64,000 nt of DNA, from NCBI GenBank assembly GCA_963826245.1, contig CAWGWM010000003.1:99194-163193 (forward strand). Direction: 5' to 3'. The notes beneath the pieces were generated by a model. That model ran no database searches, was not told the origin of the DNA, and was given only the letters and a program-made list of their open reading frames with translations. Position 1 is the stretch's first letter. Each line of letters starts with the position of its first letter. The stretch comes from an uncultured Thermoleophilia bacterium (GTDB taxonomy: Bacteria; Actinomycetota; Thermoleophilia; Gaiellales; Gaiellaceae). Below are positions 50,179-61,443 of the stretch, piece after piece. A program made the position numbers and the translations under genes.

Positions 50179-51978
50179 ATGACAACCATCGAGCAGACAG
50201 GTGCGGAAGACGTTGCGTGGGACCTCTCCGACCTCTACGCCTCAGGCAACGACCCGCGCATCGAATCCGACTTCGCCGAGGCCGAGGTGGCGACGGCGGC
50301 ATTCCGCGACCGGTACTACGGCAAGGTCGCAGGCCTCTCGGCAGCAGAGCTCGCCGCGGCGATCGACGAGCGCGAGCGGATCGAGTCGATCGCGACGCGC
50401 GCGCTCTACTTCGCGCACCTCGAGTTCTCCACGAACATGGCGGATACCGCGCGCGGAGCCCTCGTCTCCAAGCTCGGCGAGAAGGCTGCGGGCCTCGAGA
50501 CACAGCTCCTCTTCTTCGGGCTCGAGTGGGCTGCGATCGAGGACGAGCCCGCAGCCGCGATCCTGGCGGATCCGGCGCTCGACCACTGGCGCCACTGGCT
50601 TGCATCCCAGCGCGTCTTCCGGCCGTACGTTCTCAGCGAGCCGGAGGAGAAGATCCTCACGGAGAAGGCCGTGTCGGGCGTCACGGCGTGGTCGCGCCTC
50701 TACGAGGAGGTGCTCGGCGCGATGCGCGTCGACCTTCCGGGCGCCGAGGAGCCGGCCTCGCTCGAGACGGCGATGGCGAAGCTCTACGCGACCGACCGCG
50801 ATGTCAGGCGGGGAGCCGCGGAGGCGGTCAGCCAAGCCCTCCAGCCGGGCCTCCGCACGCGCACCTCGATCTTCAACACGATCCTCGTCGACAAGTGGAT
50901 CGACGACCGGTTGCGCGGATACCCCACCTGGATCACCTCCCGGAACCTCTCGAACGAGACGACCGACGAGGCGGTGCAGGCGCTCATCGATGCAGCCACG
51001 TCACGCTATGACGTCCCGCAGCGCTACTACCGGCTGAAGGCGAAACTGCTCGGCCTCGACCGCCTCGAGTACTACGACCGGTTCGCGCCCGTCGCCGAGG
51101 ACGCGTCAAGGACGTCCTGGGCAGAGGCGCGGGACGTCGTCGTCGAGGCATACGCCGACTTCTCGAGCGACGCGGGCGACGCGGTCGAGCGGTTCTTCGA
51201 CGAGGGGTGGATCGACGCGCCGGTGCGACCCGACAAGCGCCACGGTGCCTTCTGCGCCACGAACGTCCCCGGCGTGCACCCCTATGTGTTCATGAACTAC
51301 ACGGGTGACCGCCGCTCGATCCTGACGCTCGCGCACGAGATGGGACATGCGCTTCACGGATCGATGGCGCAGCCGCTCGGCTACTTCAACGCGTCGACGC
51401 CGCTGACGACCGCGGAGACGGCCTCGGTGTTCGGCGAGGCGCTGACGTTCAAGCGGCTGCTCGAGTCCGAGAACGATTCGCGTAAGCGGCTCGACCTGCT
51501 CACGGGCCAGCTCGAGGACGCAATCGCGACGACGTTCAGGCAGATCGCGATGAATCGCTTCGAGCATGTCACCCACACCGAGCGCCGTGAGCAGGGCGAG
51601 CTGTCGCCGGAGCGGATCAACGAGCTCTGGATCGGGTGCCAGACCGCGCTGTTCGGCGATTCGGTCGGCGTCGAAGGGTACGAGAGCTGGTGGAGCTACG
51701 TGCCGCACTTCACGAACGTACCCGGGTACGTCTATGCGTACGCCTACGGCTATCTGTTCGCGCTCTCGATCTTCCGCTCGTATCAGCGGGAGGGAGACGC
51801 CATGGTCGCTCCGTATCTCGACCTTCTCCGCACGGGAGGCTCGAAGTCGCCGGAGGATCTCGCCCGCATGGTCGGGCTCGATCTCACGGACCCGTCGATC
51901 TGGGCGAGCGGCATCGACGCCATCTCCGACGATCTCGACGAGGCCGAGGCTCTCGCGGAGGAGATCGGGCTCGGCTAG
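50179..51978 (+). CDS. M3-family oligoendopeptidase (PepF-like)
   Basis: LTLAHEMGHALH zinc motif, AETASVFGE and YVYAYAYG. Confidence 0.93.
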   Translation: MTTIEQTGAEDVAWDLSDLYASGNDPRIESDFAEAEVATAAFRDRYYGKVAGLSAAELAAAIDERERIESIATRALYFAHLEFSTNMADTARGALVSKLGEKAAGLETQLLFFGLEWAAIEDEPAAAILADPALDHWRHWLASQRVFRPYVLSEPEEKILTEKAVSGVTAWSRLYEEVLGAMRVDLPGAEEPASLETAMAKLYATDRDVRRGAAEAVSQALQPGLRTRTSIFNTILVDKWIDDRLRGYPTWITSRNLSNETTDEAVQALIDAATSRYDVPQRYYRLKAKLLGLDRLEYYDRFAPVAEDASRTSWAEARDVVVEAYADFSSDAGDAVERFFDEGWIDAPVRPDKRHGAFCATNVPGVHPYVFMNYTGDRRSILTLAHEMGHALHGSMAQPLGYFNASTPLTTAETASVFGEALTFKRLLESENDSRKRLDLLTGQLEDAIATTFRQIAMNRFEHVTHTERREQGELSPERINELWIGCQTALFGDSVGVEGYESWWSYVPHFTNVPGYVYAYAYGYLFALSIFRSYQREGDAMVAPYLDLLRTGGSKSPEDLARMVGLDLTDPSIWASGIDAISDDLDEAEALAEEIGLG

Positions 51979-52212
51979 TTCCTCGTCTCGCAGTGGTCCG
52001 CCGGCAACTCGGCCGGTGGAACGCGGTGATACCGGGGCACCACGTGTGCGTCGAGCCCCGCACCACCATCGGGTGCCGGTGCGACCGTAGGGAGAATCCA
52101 CGGGCAAACAAATCGACCCGCACTGGCGTCTACGTGTTGGGACAGTTAGGGTCGTCCCGGCAACCTCGTCTCGACGACGACCAGTCACGTTTCATTCACT
52201 CAAGGAGCGCTC

Positions 52213-53445
52213 ATGCGCAGAATCACGATTCTCGCCCTCCTCGTCGTTACGGCGCTCGGCATCACGGCGTCGGCCGCGACGACGGCACCGACCGAGACGG
52301 GCATCACGGCCAAGAACGTCAAGATCGGCGGCACGTTCCCGCTCTCGGGTCCCGCGTCGCTGTACGCCACGATCCCGGTCGCGATGAAGGCCTATTTCTC
52401 GTACATCAACGCCCGCCGCGGCCCGGACGGCAAGCGCGGCGTCTACGGCCGCCAGATCGTCTGGAACTACAAGGATGACCAGTACTCGCCGGCGCAGGCA
52501 GTGCAGCTCACGCGCGGGCTCGTCGAGCAGGACAACGTGTTCGCGATCGTCGGCTCGCTCGGCACCGAGGTCAACACGGCGATCCGGCCGTACCTGAACT
52601 CGAAGAAGGTCCCGCACGTACTCGTCTCCACCGGTGCGACGACGTGGGGCGCGGACTGGAAGAAGTACCCGTGGACGACCGGCTGGCAGCCCGCCTACCA
52701 GTTCGAGGGCAAGATCTACGGCCAGGCGATCGCCCGCAACAGCCCGAATGCCAAGATCGGCGTCCTCTACCAGAACGACGACTACGGCAAGGACTACATC
52801 GCCGGGCTCGAGGAAGGCCTCGGCGCGAAGACGTCCAACATCGTCGCCAAGGAGCCGTTCGAGGTCACCGCGCCGAGCGTCGCGTCGCAGATCGCGAAGC
52901 TGAAGGCGAGTGGTGCGAAGGTGTTCGTCCTCCTCGCTACGCCGACGAAGACGATCCAGGCGTATGCGACCGCAGGAGCCCTCAAGTGGACGCCCGACGT
53001 CGTCTACACGAACTCCGTCTCGGCGACCGACACGTTCCTGACCCTCGCGAAGGCGAACGGCGGCGGCGCGCTCGTCGACAAGACGTTCACCACGCAGTAC
53101 GCGAAGGATCCGGCCAGCCCGGCCTGGGACAACGATGCCGGGATGAAGCTCTACAAGCAGGTGATGGCGAAGTACTACCCGAAGGGTCGGGTCACGGACT
53201 CCCTCAACCTGTACGGCTTCGGCACCGCGGAAGCGTTCGTCGAGCTTCTCTACAAGGCAGGCAAGAACCCGACGCGTGCGTCGCTGATGAAGGCGTTCCG
53301 CAACTGGAACCAGGCGAATCCGTTCCTGCTCCCCGGAGTCAAGCAGCGGACGGACGCGAAGAGCCAGTTCCCGATCAAGTGCGAGCGGCTGGTGAAGTTC
53401 ACGAACGGCACGTTCGTCCCGGTCTCGAGGATCAAGTGCCAGTAG
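52213..53445 (+). CDS. Branched-chain amino-acid-type ABC substrate-binding protein
   Basis: Signal peptide, GITAKNVKIGG..PLSGPA, DDQYSPAQ, LVEQDNVFA and LYQNDDYGKD, with an AAGGAG RBS. Confidence 0.9.
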   Translation: MRRITILALLVVTALGITASAATTAPTETGITAKNVKIGGTFPLSGPASLYATIPVAMKAYFSYINARRGPDGKRGVYGRQIVWNYKDDQYSPAQAVQLTRGLVEQDNVFAIVGSLGTEVNTAIRPYLNSKKVPHVLVSTGATTWGADWKKYPWTTGWQPAYQFEGKIYGQAIARNSPNAKIGVLYQNDDYGKDYIAGLEEGLGAKTSNIVAKEPFEVTAPSVASQIAKLKASGAKVFVLLATPTKTIQAYATAGALKWTPDVVYTNSVSATDTFLTLAKANGGGALVDKTFTTQYAKDPASPAWDNDAGMKLYKQVMAKYYPKGRVTDSLNLYGFGTAEAFVELLYKAGKNPTRASLMKAFRNWNQANPFLLPGVKQRTDAKSQFPIKCERLVKFTNGTFVPVSRIKCQ

Positions 53446-53469
53446 GCGCCTGAGCCCGACTCGGGTAAC

Positions 53470-54219
53470 TCAAGCACGACCGACGGGGCCGGCATCACCG
53501 GCCCCGTCGGCGTCTTCCGCCGCACTCGCGCTCCGGCCCTCCTGCAGCCGATAGCGCTGCCAGTACCCCTCCATCGTCGTCATGCGGGTGGTGCGGTGGG
53601 CGAGGTCCGGTGGGCTCACGTTGACCGCGCGGACGATCCAGGCGTCGCCGACGTCCAGGATGTTGACGCATCCCGGCGCCTGCTCGAAGTGACCGAGGAA
53701 CATCCGCTCGCCGGTGAGCGCGTGCGAGAGGATTGCGCGGTTGACGGCTCCGTGCAAGACGAGCAGCACCGTGTCCCAGGTCTCGCCCGCCAGAAGCCGC
53801 TCGAGCCCGGGGATGACACGGTCGAAGAGCTCGCCGATCGTCTCGCCGCCGAGGAAGCGCTTCTCGTTCGGGACGACGCCCCGGAACGCGTGCACGAAGG
53901 CTTCCTCGAGCTCGTGCTGAGGGATGGATGACAGTCGCGCACCGCGGATCTCGCGGAGCTCGGGCCACACCTCGACGGCACGCCCCGGCGCGACCAGCCC
54001 TGCGGTCTCCATCGTTCGGGGAAGCCCGCTCGCGATCACACGGTCGAAGACGATGCCCTCCAGGAGCTCGCGTGCCGCGTCCGCCTGCGCGCGGCCCTCG
54101 TCGGTCAGCGGCACGGAGTCCGGGTCGACGGGTCGACCGGCGTCGTCGAAGTACGCGACCGCACCGTGCCGCATGAGGTAGATCCGGCGCCGACCCGTCC
54201 CCGCGCCTCCCTGCGTCAA
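53470..54219 (-). CDS. Histidine phosphatase (phosphoglycerate mutase) family protein
   Basis: [23 protein letters not shown] and VLHGAVNRA. The TTG start overlaps the upstream TGA. Confidence 0.88.
   Translation of the reverse strand: MTQGGAGTGRRRIYLMRHGAVAYFDDAGRPVDPDSVPLTDEGRAQADAARELLEGIVFDRVIASGLPRTMETAGLVAPGRAVEVWPELREIRGARLSSIPQHELEEAFVHAFRGVVPNEKRFLGGETIGELFDRVIPGLERLLAGETWDTVLLVLHGAVNRAILSHALTGERMFLGHFEQAPGCVNILDVGDAWIVRAVNVSPPDLAHRTTRMTTMEGYWQRYRLQEGRSASAAEDADGAGDAGPVGRA
53480..53510. terminator. Hairpin at a convergent gene junction
   Basis: 13-bp stem CCGACGGGGCCGG-CATCA-CCGGCCCCGTCGG. Confidence 0.65.
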
Positions 54220-55238
54220 CCCGTGAGCTCCGCGAGCGCCTGCAGCGCCTCCGGCTGCCGTGCCTGCAGGACGAGCGTCGTCACGTCGCTCTCGCGCCAG
54301 GCGGCGAGCCGGTCGGCGATGCGGGCACGGTCGCCCACGAGAGCGATCTCGTCGACGAGCGCGTCGGGGACGGCCGCGATCGCCTCGGCCCGCCGCCCGG
54401 AGAGGTAGTGCTCCTGGATCGCCTCGGCCTCGGCCTCGAACCCGTACCGTGCCGCGAGCCGCGTGTAGAAGTTCTGGCCGCGGGCGCCCATGCCACCGAC
54501 ATAGAGGGCGACCATCGGCTTGAGGAAGTCGCGGCATGCCCGCACGTCGTCGGCCATGACGACGGGCACGAGCGGAGCGAGGTCCCAGTCCGCTGGCCGT
54601 CCGCCGCGCCGCGCGAAACCCTCCTCGAGGGCCGGGCCGTGGACGCGAGGGGCGCGCTCGGGCGAGAAGAAGATCGGCAGCCAGCCGTCGGCGATCTCGG
54701 CCGTCAGTGCGACGTTCTTCGGCCCGATCGCGGCGAGATAGATCGGCACCTCGTTCCTCAGTGGGTGCACGATGATCTTCAGAGGCTTGCCGAGGCCCGT
54801 TGCGCCCGGGCCGCTGTACGGGATGTCGTAGTGCTCCCCGTGGTGCTCGAGCGGCTCCTCTCGACGCAGGATCGTGCGCACGATCTCGACGTACTCGCGC
54901 GTCCGCGTCAGCGGCTTGCCCCAGGCCTGGCCGTGCCAGCCCTCGGCAACCTGCGGTCCCGACGTGCCGAGGCCGAGGAGGACGCGGCCACCGGAGAGGA
55001 TGTCGAGCGTCGCGACGGTCGTCGCCGTCGCCGCCGGCGAGCGGGCAGGCATCTGCATGATTCCGCTCGCCACCGCGATCCGCTCCGTCGTCGCCGCGAT
55101 CCAAGCCATCGGCGTGACGGCGTCCGTCCCGTAGGCTTCGGACGTCCAGACCGAGTGGAATCCGAGCCGGTCTGCCTCCTGCGCGAGGGCGATGCCGCCG
55201 ACCGGGTCGTCGTACCCGAGTTGCAGAGCGAGGCGCAT
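54216..55238 (-). CDS. LLM-class F420-dependent oxidoreductase
   Basis: [46 protein letters not shown] and EIADGW. Confidence 0.93.
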   Translation of the reverse strand: MRLALQLGYDDPVGGIALAQEADRLGFHSVWTSEAYGTDAVTPMAWIAATTERIAVASGIMQMPARSPAATATTVATLDILSGGRVLLGLGTSGPQVAEGWHGQAWGKPLTRTREYVEIVRTILRREEPLEHHGEHYDIPYSGPGATGLGKPLKIIVHPLRNEVPIYLAAIGPKNVALTAEIADGWLPIFFSPERAPRVHGPALEEGFARRGGRPADWDLAPLVPVVMADDVRACRDFLKPMVALYVGGMGARGQNFYTRLAARYGFEAEAEAIQEHYLSGRRAEAIAAVPDALVDEIALVGDRARIADRLAAWRESDVTTLVLQARQPEALQALAELTG

Positions 55239-56456
55239 ATGAACGATCCTACTCGTGTGACGTCCCTCTTTCCTCCGGCCTTCGTCGAGAAACGCTCGCA
55301 CTACCGCGAGTTCATGCAGCAGCACGTGCTTCCGAACGAGGGCGTGCTCGACCGGGAGGGCGACGAGGCAGAGCAGCTGATCGCGAGCCTGCAGGAGAGG
55401 GCGAGAACGACGGGCCTCTGGGCGCCGCACGTTCCTCCCGACGCCGGCGGGACGGGCGCGGGCTTCCTCTACTACGCCTGCCTGAACGAGGAGATCGGCC
55501 GCTCGCGCTGGGCGCAGCTCGTCTTCGGCTGCCAGGCACCCGATGCCGGGAACGCCGAGATCCTCCATCACTTCGGCTCGCCCGACCAGAAGGTGCGCTT
55601 CCTCGAGCCGCTCGTCTCCGGTCGCGCCCGCTCGTTCTTCTCGATGACCGAGCCCGACGTGGCCGGCTCCGACCCGACCCTGTTGCAGACGCGAGCGGTT
55701 CTCGACGGCGACGAGTGGGTGATCGACGGGCACAAGTGGTTCTCGAGCGGCGCCGACCGATCGACCTTCGGGATCGTGTTCGCGATCACCGATCCCGAGG
55801 CGAGTACCTACGCAAGAGGGACCATGATCCTCGTACCGACCGAGACACCGGGCATCGAGATCACGCCGACCGCCGTGATGGGCCATCGCGGACGCGGCTG
55901 GAACACGCATTGCGAAGTGCGCTACAGCGGCGTTCGCGTTCCTGTCGCGAACACGCTCGGCAATCGCGGTGAGGCGTTCCTGCTCGCGCAGAAGCGCCTC
56001 GGCCCCGGGCGGATCCACCACGTCATGCGCTGGCTCGGGCAGATGCAACGCGCCTTCGACCTCATGTGCTCGTACGCGCTCGAACGGGAGGCATTCGGCG
56101 GACCGCTGGCCGACAAGCAGACGGTGCAGAACTGGATCGCAGACTCCGCGGCAGAGATCCAGGCGTGCCGTCTCCTGACGATGGACGCGGCCCGCAAGAT
56201 CGACGAGGGCTCCGAGGCGCGAGTCGAGGTGTCGCTGCTCAAGTTCTACGCCGCCCGCGTGCTGAACGAGGTGATCGACCGGGCGATCCAGGTACACGGC
56301 GCCCGGGGCCTCACCGACGCCACGCCCCTCGCCGAGATGGCGATGCAGGCGCGGGCCGGACGAATCTACGACGGGCCGGACGAGGTGCACCGCATGGTGG
56401 TCGCACGCCGGATCCTCAAGAGCTACGCCGCCGGCGAGAACTGGGAGTTCTCCTAG
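55239..56456 (+). CDS. Acyl-CoA dehydrogenase (ACAD10/11-like short form)
   Basis: [42 protein letters not shown] and [10 protein letters not shown]. The start could be GTG about 55256. Confidence 0.92.
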   Translation: MNDPTRVTSLFPPAFVEKRSHYREFMQQHVLPNEGVLDREGDEAEQLIASLQERARTTGLWAPHVPPDAGGTGAGFLYYACLNEEIGRSRWAQLVFGCQAPDAGNAEILHHFGSPDQKVRFLEPLVSGRARSFFSMTEPDVAGSDPTLLQTRAVLDGDEWVIDGHKWFSSGADRSTFGIVFAITDPEASTYARGTMILVPTETPGIEITPTAVMGHRGRGWNTHCEVRYSGVRVPVANTLGNRGEAFLLAQKRLGPGRIHHVMRWLGQMQRAFDLMCSYALEREAFGGPLADKQTVQNWIADSAAEIQACRLLTMDAARKIDEGSEARVEVSLLKFYAARVLNEVIDRAIQVHGARGLTDATPLAEMAMQARAGRIYDGPDEVHRMVVARRILKSYAAGENWEFS

Positions 56457-56488
56457 GCAGCCGCCGCCAAGCGCGTGAGCCCGAGGAG

Positions 56489-57181
56489 TCAGTGCTCGAA
56501 GTCGGGCGGCGCGACCGCGAGACCTTCGGGCGTCTTCGCGCCGGGAACGTTCGCGAACCGGAAGTCGACCGGTTCTCGTCCGGGCTGCACGGCCCATGCG
56601 TGACCCGTCTGTCCCGAGCAGAGAGCCAGCCAGACGGCGGCTGCTACGTCGCTCGCCTCGACGAGCGGGAACCGCGCGCTCTCGATGGCCTCACGCGCAG
56701 CACCGGTCAGCATGGGTGTATCGGCGATGCCCGGGCAGACGGCGTTGATCGAGATTCCGCGTGCCGCGAGTGCGGGGGCGACGCTGCGGACGAGACCGAC
56801 GACTGCGTGCTTGCTGGCGGCGTACACCGGGTCGGAAGGCATCGCGGTCAAGCCGGCGAGCGAGGCTGTGGCGACGATCCGGCCTCCTTCCGGCATGACC
56901 CGGGCCAGATGCCGGATCCCCAGGAAGACGCCGTCAACGTTGACCGCCATCGCCCGGCGGTAGCTCTCGAGGGGTATCGCAGCCGGGTCCGAGCCCCCGC
57001 CGAGGACACCGGCGTTGAGGCAGGCGACGTCCAGCGGCCCGATCGCCTCCCACTGCTGCGGATCGGTGACGTCGAAGCCGGTCGTCAGGTCGAGGACGTC
57101 GACGTCGAAGCCTTCGCTGCTCAGGCAAGACACGATCGCGGCGCCGAGTCCGGATGCCCCCCCGGTGACGAGCGCCTTCAC
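56489..57181 (-). CDS. SDR-family oxidoreductase
   Basis: [27 protein letters not shown] and NAVCPG. Confidence 0.9.
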   Translation of the reverse strand: MKALVTGGASGLGAAIVSCLSSEGFDVDVLDLTTGFDVTDPQQWEAIGPLDVACLNAGVLGGGSDPAAIPLESYRRAMAVNVDGVFLGIRHLARVMPEGGRIVATASLAGLTAMPSDPVYAASKHAVVGLVRSVAPALAARGISINAVCPGIADTPMLTGAAREAIESARFPLVEASDVAAAVWLALCSGQTGHAWAVQPGREPVDFRFANVPGAKTPEGLAVAPPDFEH

Positions 57182-58102
57182 GGGACGAGCACGACCTTGC
57201 CGGTCGAGTGCCGTTCCTCGATCAGTTGGTGCGCACTCGCCGCGTCCGCGAGCGGGAAGCTCGCACCGACGATGGGGTGCAGGGCCCCGGCGCCCCACAG
57301 ACGCAGGAGCTCGAGGGCGGCATCCCGGACGAGCGCAGGCTCCCGCCGCATCAGCCGGCCGAGGTAGAAGCCCTGTACGCCGACGTTTCGCCCCACGAGG
57401 AGCGCTGGATCGAGAGCGGGCCAGAGCCCGGCGGCGAAGCCGATCGCGATGACCGACCCGAGAGGGCGCAGCAAGCGATATCGAATCCGCGAAGACCTGG
57501 CCACCGACGGGGTCGATGACGACGTCGACGGGCTCGACCTCCGCGAGTTGCCCGTAGGTGACGACCTGGACGGCTCCGAGGCTGAGCGGCAGCTCGGCTT
57601 TCGCCGTCGAGCCCACGGTCGCGACGACCTCGGCGCCGAGGTGGCGAGCGGCGACGACCGCCGCGCTCCCGACCCCTCCCGCAGCCGCGTGGACGAGGAC
57701 GCGCGTGCCGGGGCCGACGCGGGCCTGCACGGTGAGCGGGATCCACGCCGTCAGGTAGGCCATCAGGAAGCTCGCACCCTCCTCGAACGATGCGCCCTCG
57801 GGGAGGTCGAACGTCCACTGGTCGTCGAGCGCAACCTGTTCGGCGTACCCGCCGCCGGTCGCGAGGACGAGGCCGAGGACACGGCGGCCGTCCGCGGTCG
57901 TGCCGGCGACCTCGGTGCCGGGCACCCACGGGAGGTCGGGCATCTGCGGGTAGAGGCCGCGACGGACGAGGATCTCGAGGAAGTTGATCGCAGAGGCCCT
58001 GACGTCGACGATGACCTGCCCGGCTTCCGCGGCGGGCGCCGGGATGTCGCGCACGACGAGCTCCTCGGAGCCCCCGATCCCCTCGAGGACGACGGCCTTC
58101 AT
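57178..58102 (-). CDS. NADPH:quinone oxidoreductase (MDR family); +1 frameshift near 57474
   Basis: SAINFLE...PGTEVAG and VHAAAGGVG, with the C-terminus [10 protein letters not shown] in the adjacent frame. Confidence 0.88.
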
Positions 58103-58883
58103 CAGCGGCCGGAGAACGTGGGCGCGCGCTTCTCGACGAACGCTGCCACGCCCTCCTGCCCGTCCTCGCTCAGGAGACAACGACGGAACGCGTCGGCCTC
58201 TCGTCGCAGGCCCTCCTCGAGCGAGAGATCGCGGGTCGTTCGGGCGAGCTCGCGAACGACGGCTATCGCGTGCGGCGACTGTGCGGCGAAGCCCGCGGCG
58301 ATCGCCGTCGCTGCCGCGATCAGCTCGTCGGCCGGCACGACGCGCTCGACGAGGCCCCAGGCGTACGCGGTCTCGGCGTCGATGAACTCCCCGCCCAGGT
58401 TCAGAAGGTTGGCCCGGCCGATGCCGATCAGCCGTGGCAGGCGCTGGGTGCCGCCGCCGCCCGGAATCAGACCGAGCTTGATCTCCGGCTGGCCGAGCTT
58501 CGCGTCCTCCGAGCAGATGCGCACGTCGCAGCACATCGCGAGCTCGAGCCCGCCGCCGAGGCAGTACCCCTGGATCGCCGCGACGAACGGGATCCGGGCT
58601 GCGTCCATCCGGTGGCCGACGAGTGAAGCCCGCGGGCCGCACCGCCCTCTGCGGCGCCGCTCTCGCGGAGCGCCGGGAACTCCTTGATGTCCGCTCCCGC
58701 GACGAACGCCCGCTCACCCGCGCCGCGGAGGACGACCGCGCGCGTCTCGGGGTCGGCGTCGAGCCGCTCGACCTCGGCCTCGAGCTCCTGAACGAGCGCG
58801 GTGGCGAGCGCGTTCATGGGGGGGTTGTCGATCGTGACGAGCGCGACCGCTCCCTCGTGCTCGGTCGTGATGAACGTTCCCAC
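58102..58883 (-). CDS. Enoyl-CoA hydratase/isomerase; -1 frameshift near 58620
   Basis: AFVAGADIKEF, then in the adjacent frame GYCLGGGLELA...GQPEIKLGLIPGGGGTQRL. Confidence 0.9.
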
Positions 58884-58913
58884 TGTTCCTCCTCGGTATG
58901 GCGAAAACGGCGT

Positions 58914-60515
58914 CTAGGAGAACTGTGCTCGGAGTGCCGTCTTGCGGAATTTCCCGACGGCCGTCTTCGGGATCTCGTCGACGGCCTCGAACCGCTCCGG
59001 CAGCCACCACTTCGCGAAGTGCGGCGCCAGGAACTCGCGGAGTTCGTCGCCGTCGGCCGTCTGGCCCTCCCGGAAGACGACCACGGCCAGCGGGCGCTCG
59101 GACCATTTCTCGTCGGGAACGGCGATCACGGCCGCCTCCGCAATCGCCGGATGCCCCATCAGCGCGTTCTCGAGAGCGACGGTCGAGATCCACTCGCCGC
59201 CGGACTTGACGAGGTCCTTCGAGCGATCCTTGATCTCGACGTAGCCGTTCGGCTCGATCGTGACGATGTCCCCGGTCTTGAACCAGCCGTCCTCGGTCCA
59301 GCGGTCTCCCGCCTCGGGCGCCTCGTAGTACGACGATGAGATCCAGGGCCCGCGGACCTCGAGCTCGCCCATGGTGGCGCCGTCCCAGGGCACGAGGCCC
59401 TCCTCGGCGCGGGCGCGGATCTCGACGAGTGGTGCCGGAAGGCCCTGCTTGGCGCGGTAGGCGTACTGCTCGTCCTCCGGGAGCGCGAGCTCGCGGCTCG
59501 AGAGGGCGGAGATCGTCCCCATCGGAGCCATCTCGGTCATGCCCCAGGCGTGCACGATGTGCAGCCCGTGGCGCTTCTCGAACCCCTCGATCATCGTCTG
59601 GGGGGCGGCCGCGCCCCCGACGATCATCGAACGCAGCCGGGAGACGTCCCACTTGTCGGGCTGGGCGTCGAGGAGTTGCAGGATGCCCATCCAGATCGTC
59701 GGCACGCCCGCGGTGACGGTGACCTCCTGCTCGACGAACGCGTCGAGCAAAGAGGTTGGATCCATGTGCGGCCCCGGGAAGACCTGGTCCGAGCCGACGA
59801 GCGTGCAGGTGAACGGGAAGCCCCACGCGTTCGCGTGGAACATCGGTACCACCGGCAGCACGACATCGGCTTCGGCGATCCCGAGCGAGCTGGACTGCGT
59901 CGACGCGAGCGAGTGGAGCACGATCGCTCGGTGCGAGTAGACCACTCCCTTGGGCTGCCCTGTCGTGCCGCTCGTGTAACACATCGCGGCGGCCGAGCGC
60001 TCGTCGATGTTCCGGTACGAGAATGCCTCCGGGTCGGCGGTCGCGAGCAGCTCCTCGAAGTCGATCGCTCCGGGAGGCGTCTCTCCTGCGCCGATCGCGA
60101 CCACGTGCTCGAAGCCGACGCGATCCTTGAACGCCTCGACCAGCGGCCAGAGGGTCTTGTCGGCGATCAGCACACGATCTCCGGCGTGCGTCGCGATGTA
60201 CGTGAGATCGTCGGGGTGAAGCCTCAGGTTGAGCGTGTGGGTGACGAACCCGCCGATCGGCGCGCCGAGGTACGTCTCCATGTGCTCGTGATGGTTCCAC
60301 GCGAACGTGGCGACCCGATCGCCGTCGACGAGCCCGAGCTCGTTCCGGAGGGCAAGGGCGAGCTGCTTGGCGCGGCGGGCGAAGTCGGTGTAGGTGTACG
60401 TGTGCCAGCTCTTGTCCGGGAGCCGGCTCGCGATCTTCTTGTGACCGAACAGCTCCTCGCCGCGACGGAGGATCGCAGCAACATCGAGCTCGTAGTCCAT
60501 CGTCAGTCCCTGCAT
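58914..60515 (-). CDS. Fatty-acid/acyl-CoA ligase (AlkK/DmdB-like)
   Basis: YTSGTTGQPKGV, PMFHANAWG, AWGMTE, WFKTGD and DRSKDLVKSGGEWI. Confidence 0.93.
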   Translation of the reverse strand: MQGLTMDYELDVAAILRRGEELFGHKKIASRLPDKSWHTYTYTDFARRAKQLALALRNELGLVDGDRVATFAWNHHEHMETYLGAPIGGFVTHTLNLRLHPDDLTYIATHAGDRVLIADKTLWPLVEAFKDRVGFEHVVAIGAGETPPGAIDFEELLATADPEAFSYRNIDERSAAAMCYTSGTTGQPKGVVYSHRAIVLHSLASTQSSSLGIAEADVVLPVVPMFHANAWGFPFTCTLVGSDQVFPGPHMDPTSLLDAFVEQEVTVTAGVPTIWMGILQLLDAQPDKWDVSRLRSMIVGGAAAPQTMIEGFEKRHGLHIVHAWGMTEMAPMGTISALSSRELALPEDEQYAYRAKQGLPAPLVEIRARAEEGLVPWDGATMGELEVRGPWISSSYYEAPEAGDRWTEDGWFKTGDIVTIEPNGYVEIKDRSKDLVKSGGEWISTVALENALMGHPAIAEAAVIAVPDEKWSERPLAVVVFREGQTADGDELREFLAPHFAKWWLPERFEAVDEIPKTAVGKFRKTALRAQFS

Positions 60516-60516
60516 C

Positions 60517-61443
60517 TCACTCCCCGTCGTCGAGTAGATGGGCAGCCACCTCGGAGCGAAGCTGCGCCCCGGACGCCTCCCAGGCTTGAATCCAGAGTGC
60601 GCGCTTGTACAGCCGGTGGAGGACGTGCTCCCACGTGAAACCGATCCCGCCGTGAACCTGGATCGACCGCTCGCACGCTGCGACCGCCGCGTCGGCGCAG
60701 TGTGACTTGGCCGCCGCCGCTGCGATCGTCGCGCGGCCGTCTCCCTCGGCGATACACCAGGCGGCGAAGAGGGCGAGCGACCGCCCGAGCTCGAGCTCCA
60801 TGAGCGTCGTCGCGAGCGGATGCGAGATCGCCTGATAGGTGCCGATCGGCTTCCCGAACTGCTCGCGCTCCTTGGCGTAGTCGACGGCGAGCTCGAGCGC
60901 CCGCGAGCCGACACCGCACGCCTCGAGCGACAACGCGGTCAACGACCGCGTGCGCATCTCCGGCACCAGGGCGGAGCTCGCGAGCCTGCGTCCCGGCTCG
61001 CCGCCCGAGACGACGCCGAGGGGCCGCGTCTCGTCGTTCGTCGACAGCACCTCGCGGTCGGCGCCCTCGAGCTCCCAGATCGAGTCGCCGCCGACGCACG
61101 CGACGCGGGCCGCCGTGTCGAGGTCGGCGACGAGCGGACCGGTCGCCAGCGTCCAGCTCGCTTCACCCCGTGCCACCTCACCCTGGAGGTCGGGTGGTAG
61201 GGCCGGCAACACGACGCCGACCGTCGACCAGTACGGCGCGTGCGTGAGCGCCCTTCCCATCTCCTCGAACAGGATTGCCTCCTCGAGGAATCCGAGCCCG
61301 GCGCCGCCGTCGGCCTCGCCGACCGAGACCCCTGTCCAGCCGAGTTCCGCGAGCTCCTGCCACGACGGCTCGGGGTGCGTGGCGAGAAACGCCCGTGCCT
61401 GGGCACGGAGCTCTTCCTGCTCGGGGGTGAACGAGAAATCCAC
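60517..61443 (-). CDS. Acyl-CoA dehydrogenase-family protein (short, probable beta subunit)
   Basis: FSFTPEQEEL, REQFGKPIGTYQAISH and IQVHGGIGFTWEH. Confidence 0.88.
   Translation of the reverse strand: MDFSFTPEQEELRAQARAFLATHPEPSWQELAELGWTGVSVGEADGGAGLGFLEEAILFEEMGRALTHAPYWSTVGVVLPALPPDLQGEVARGEASWTLATGPLVADLDTAARVACVGGDSIWELEGADREVLSTNDETRPLGVVSGGEPGRRLASSALVPEMRTRSLTALSLEACGVGSRALELAVDYAKEREQFGKPIGTYQAISHPLATTLMELELGRSLALFAAWCIAEGDGRATIAAAAAKSHCADAAVAACERSIQVHGGIGFTWEHVLHRLYKRALWIQAWEASGAQLRSEVAAHLLDDGE

Noticed and set aside
51979-52212. 234-nt intergenic region upstream of the amino-acid-binding protein as a possible riboswitch or small ORF
   Set aside because: I could not find a recognisable aptamer consensus or a convincing ORF.
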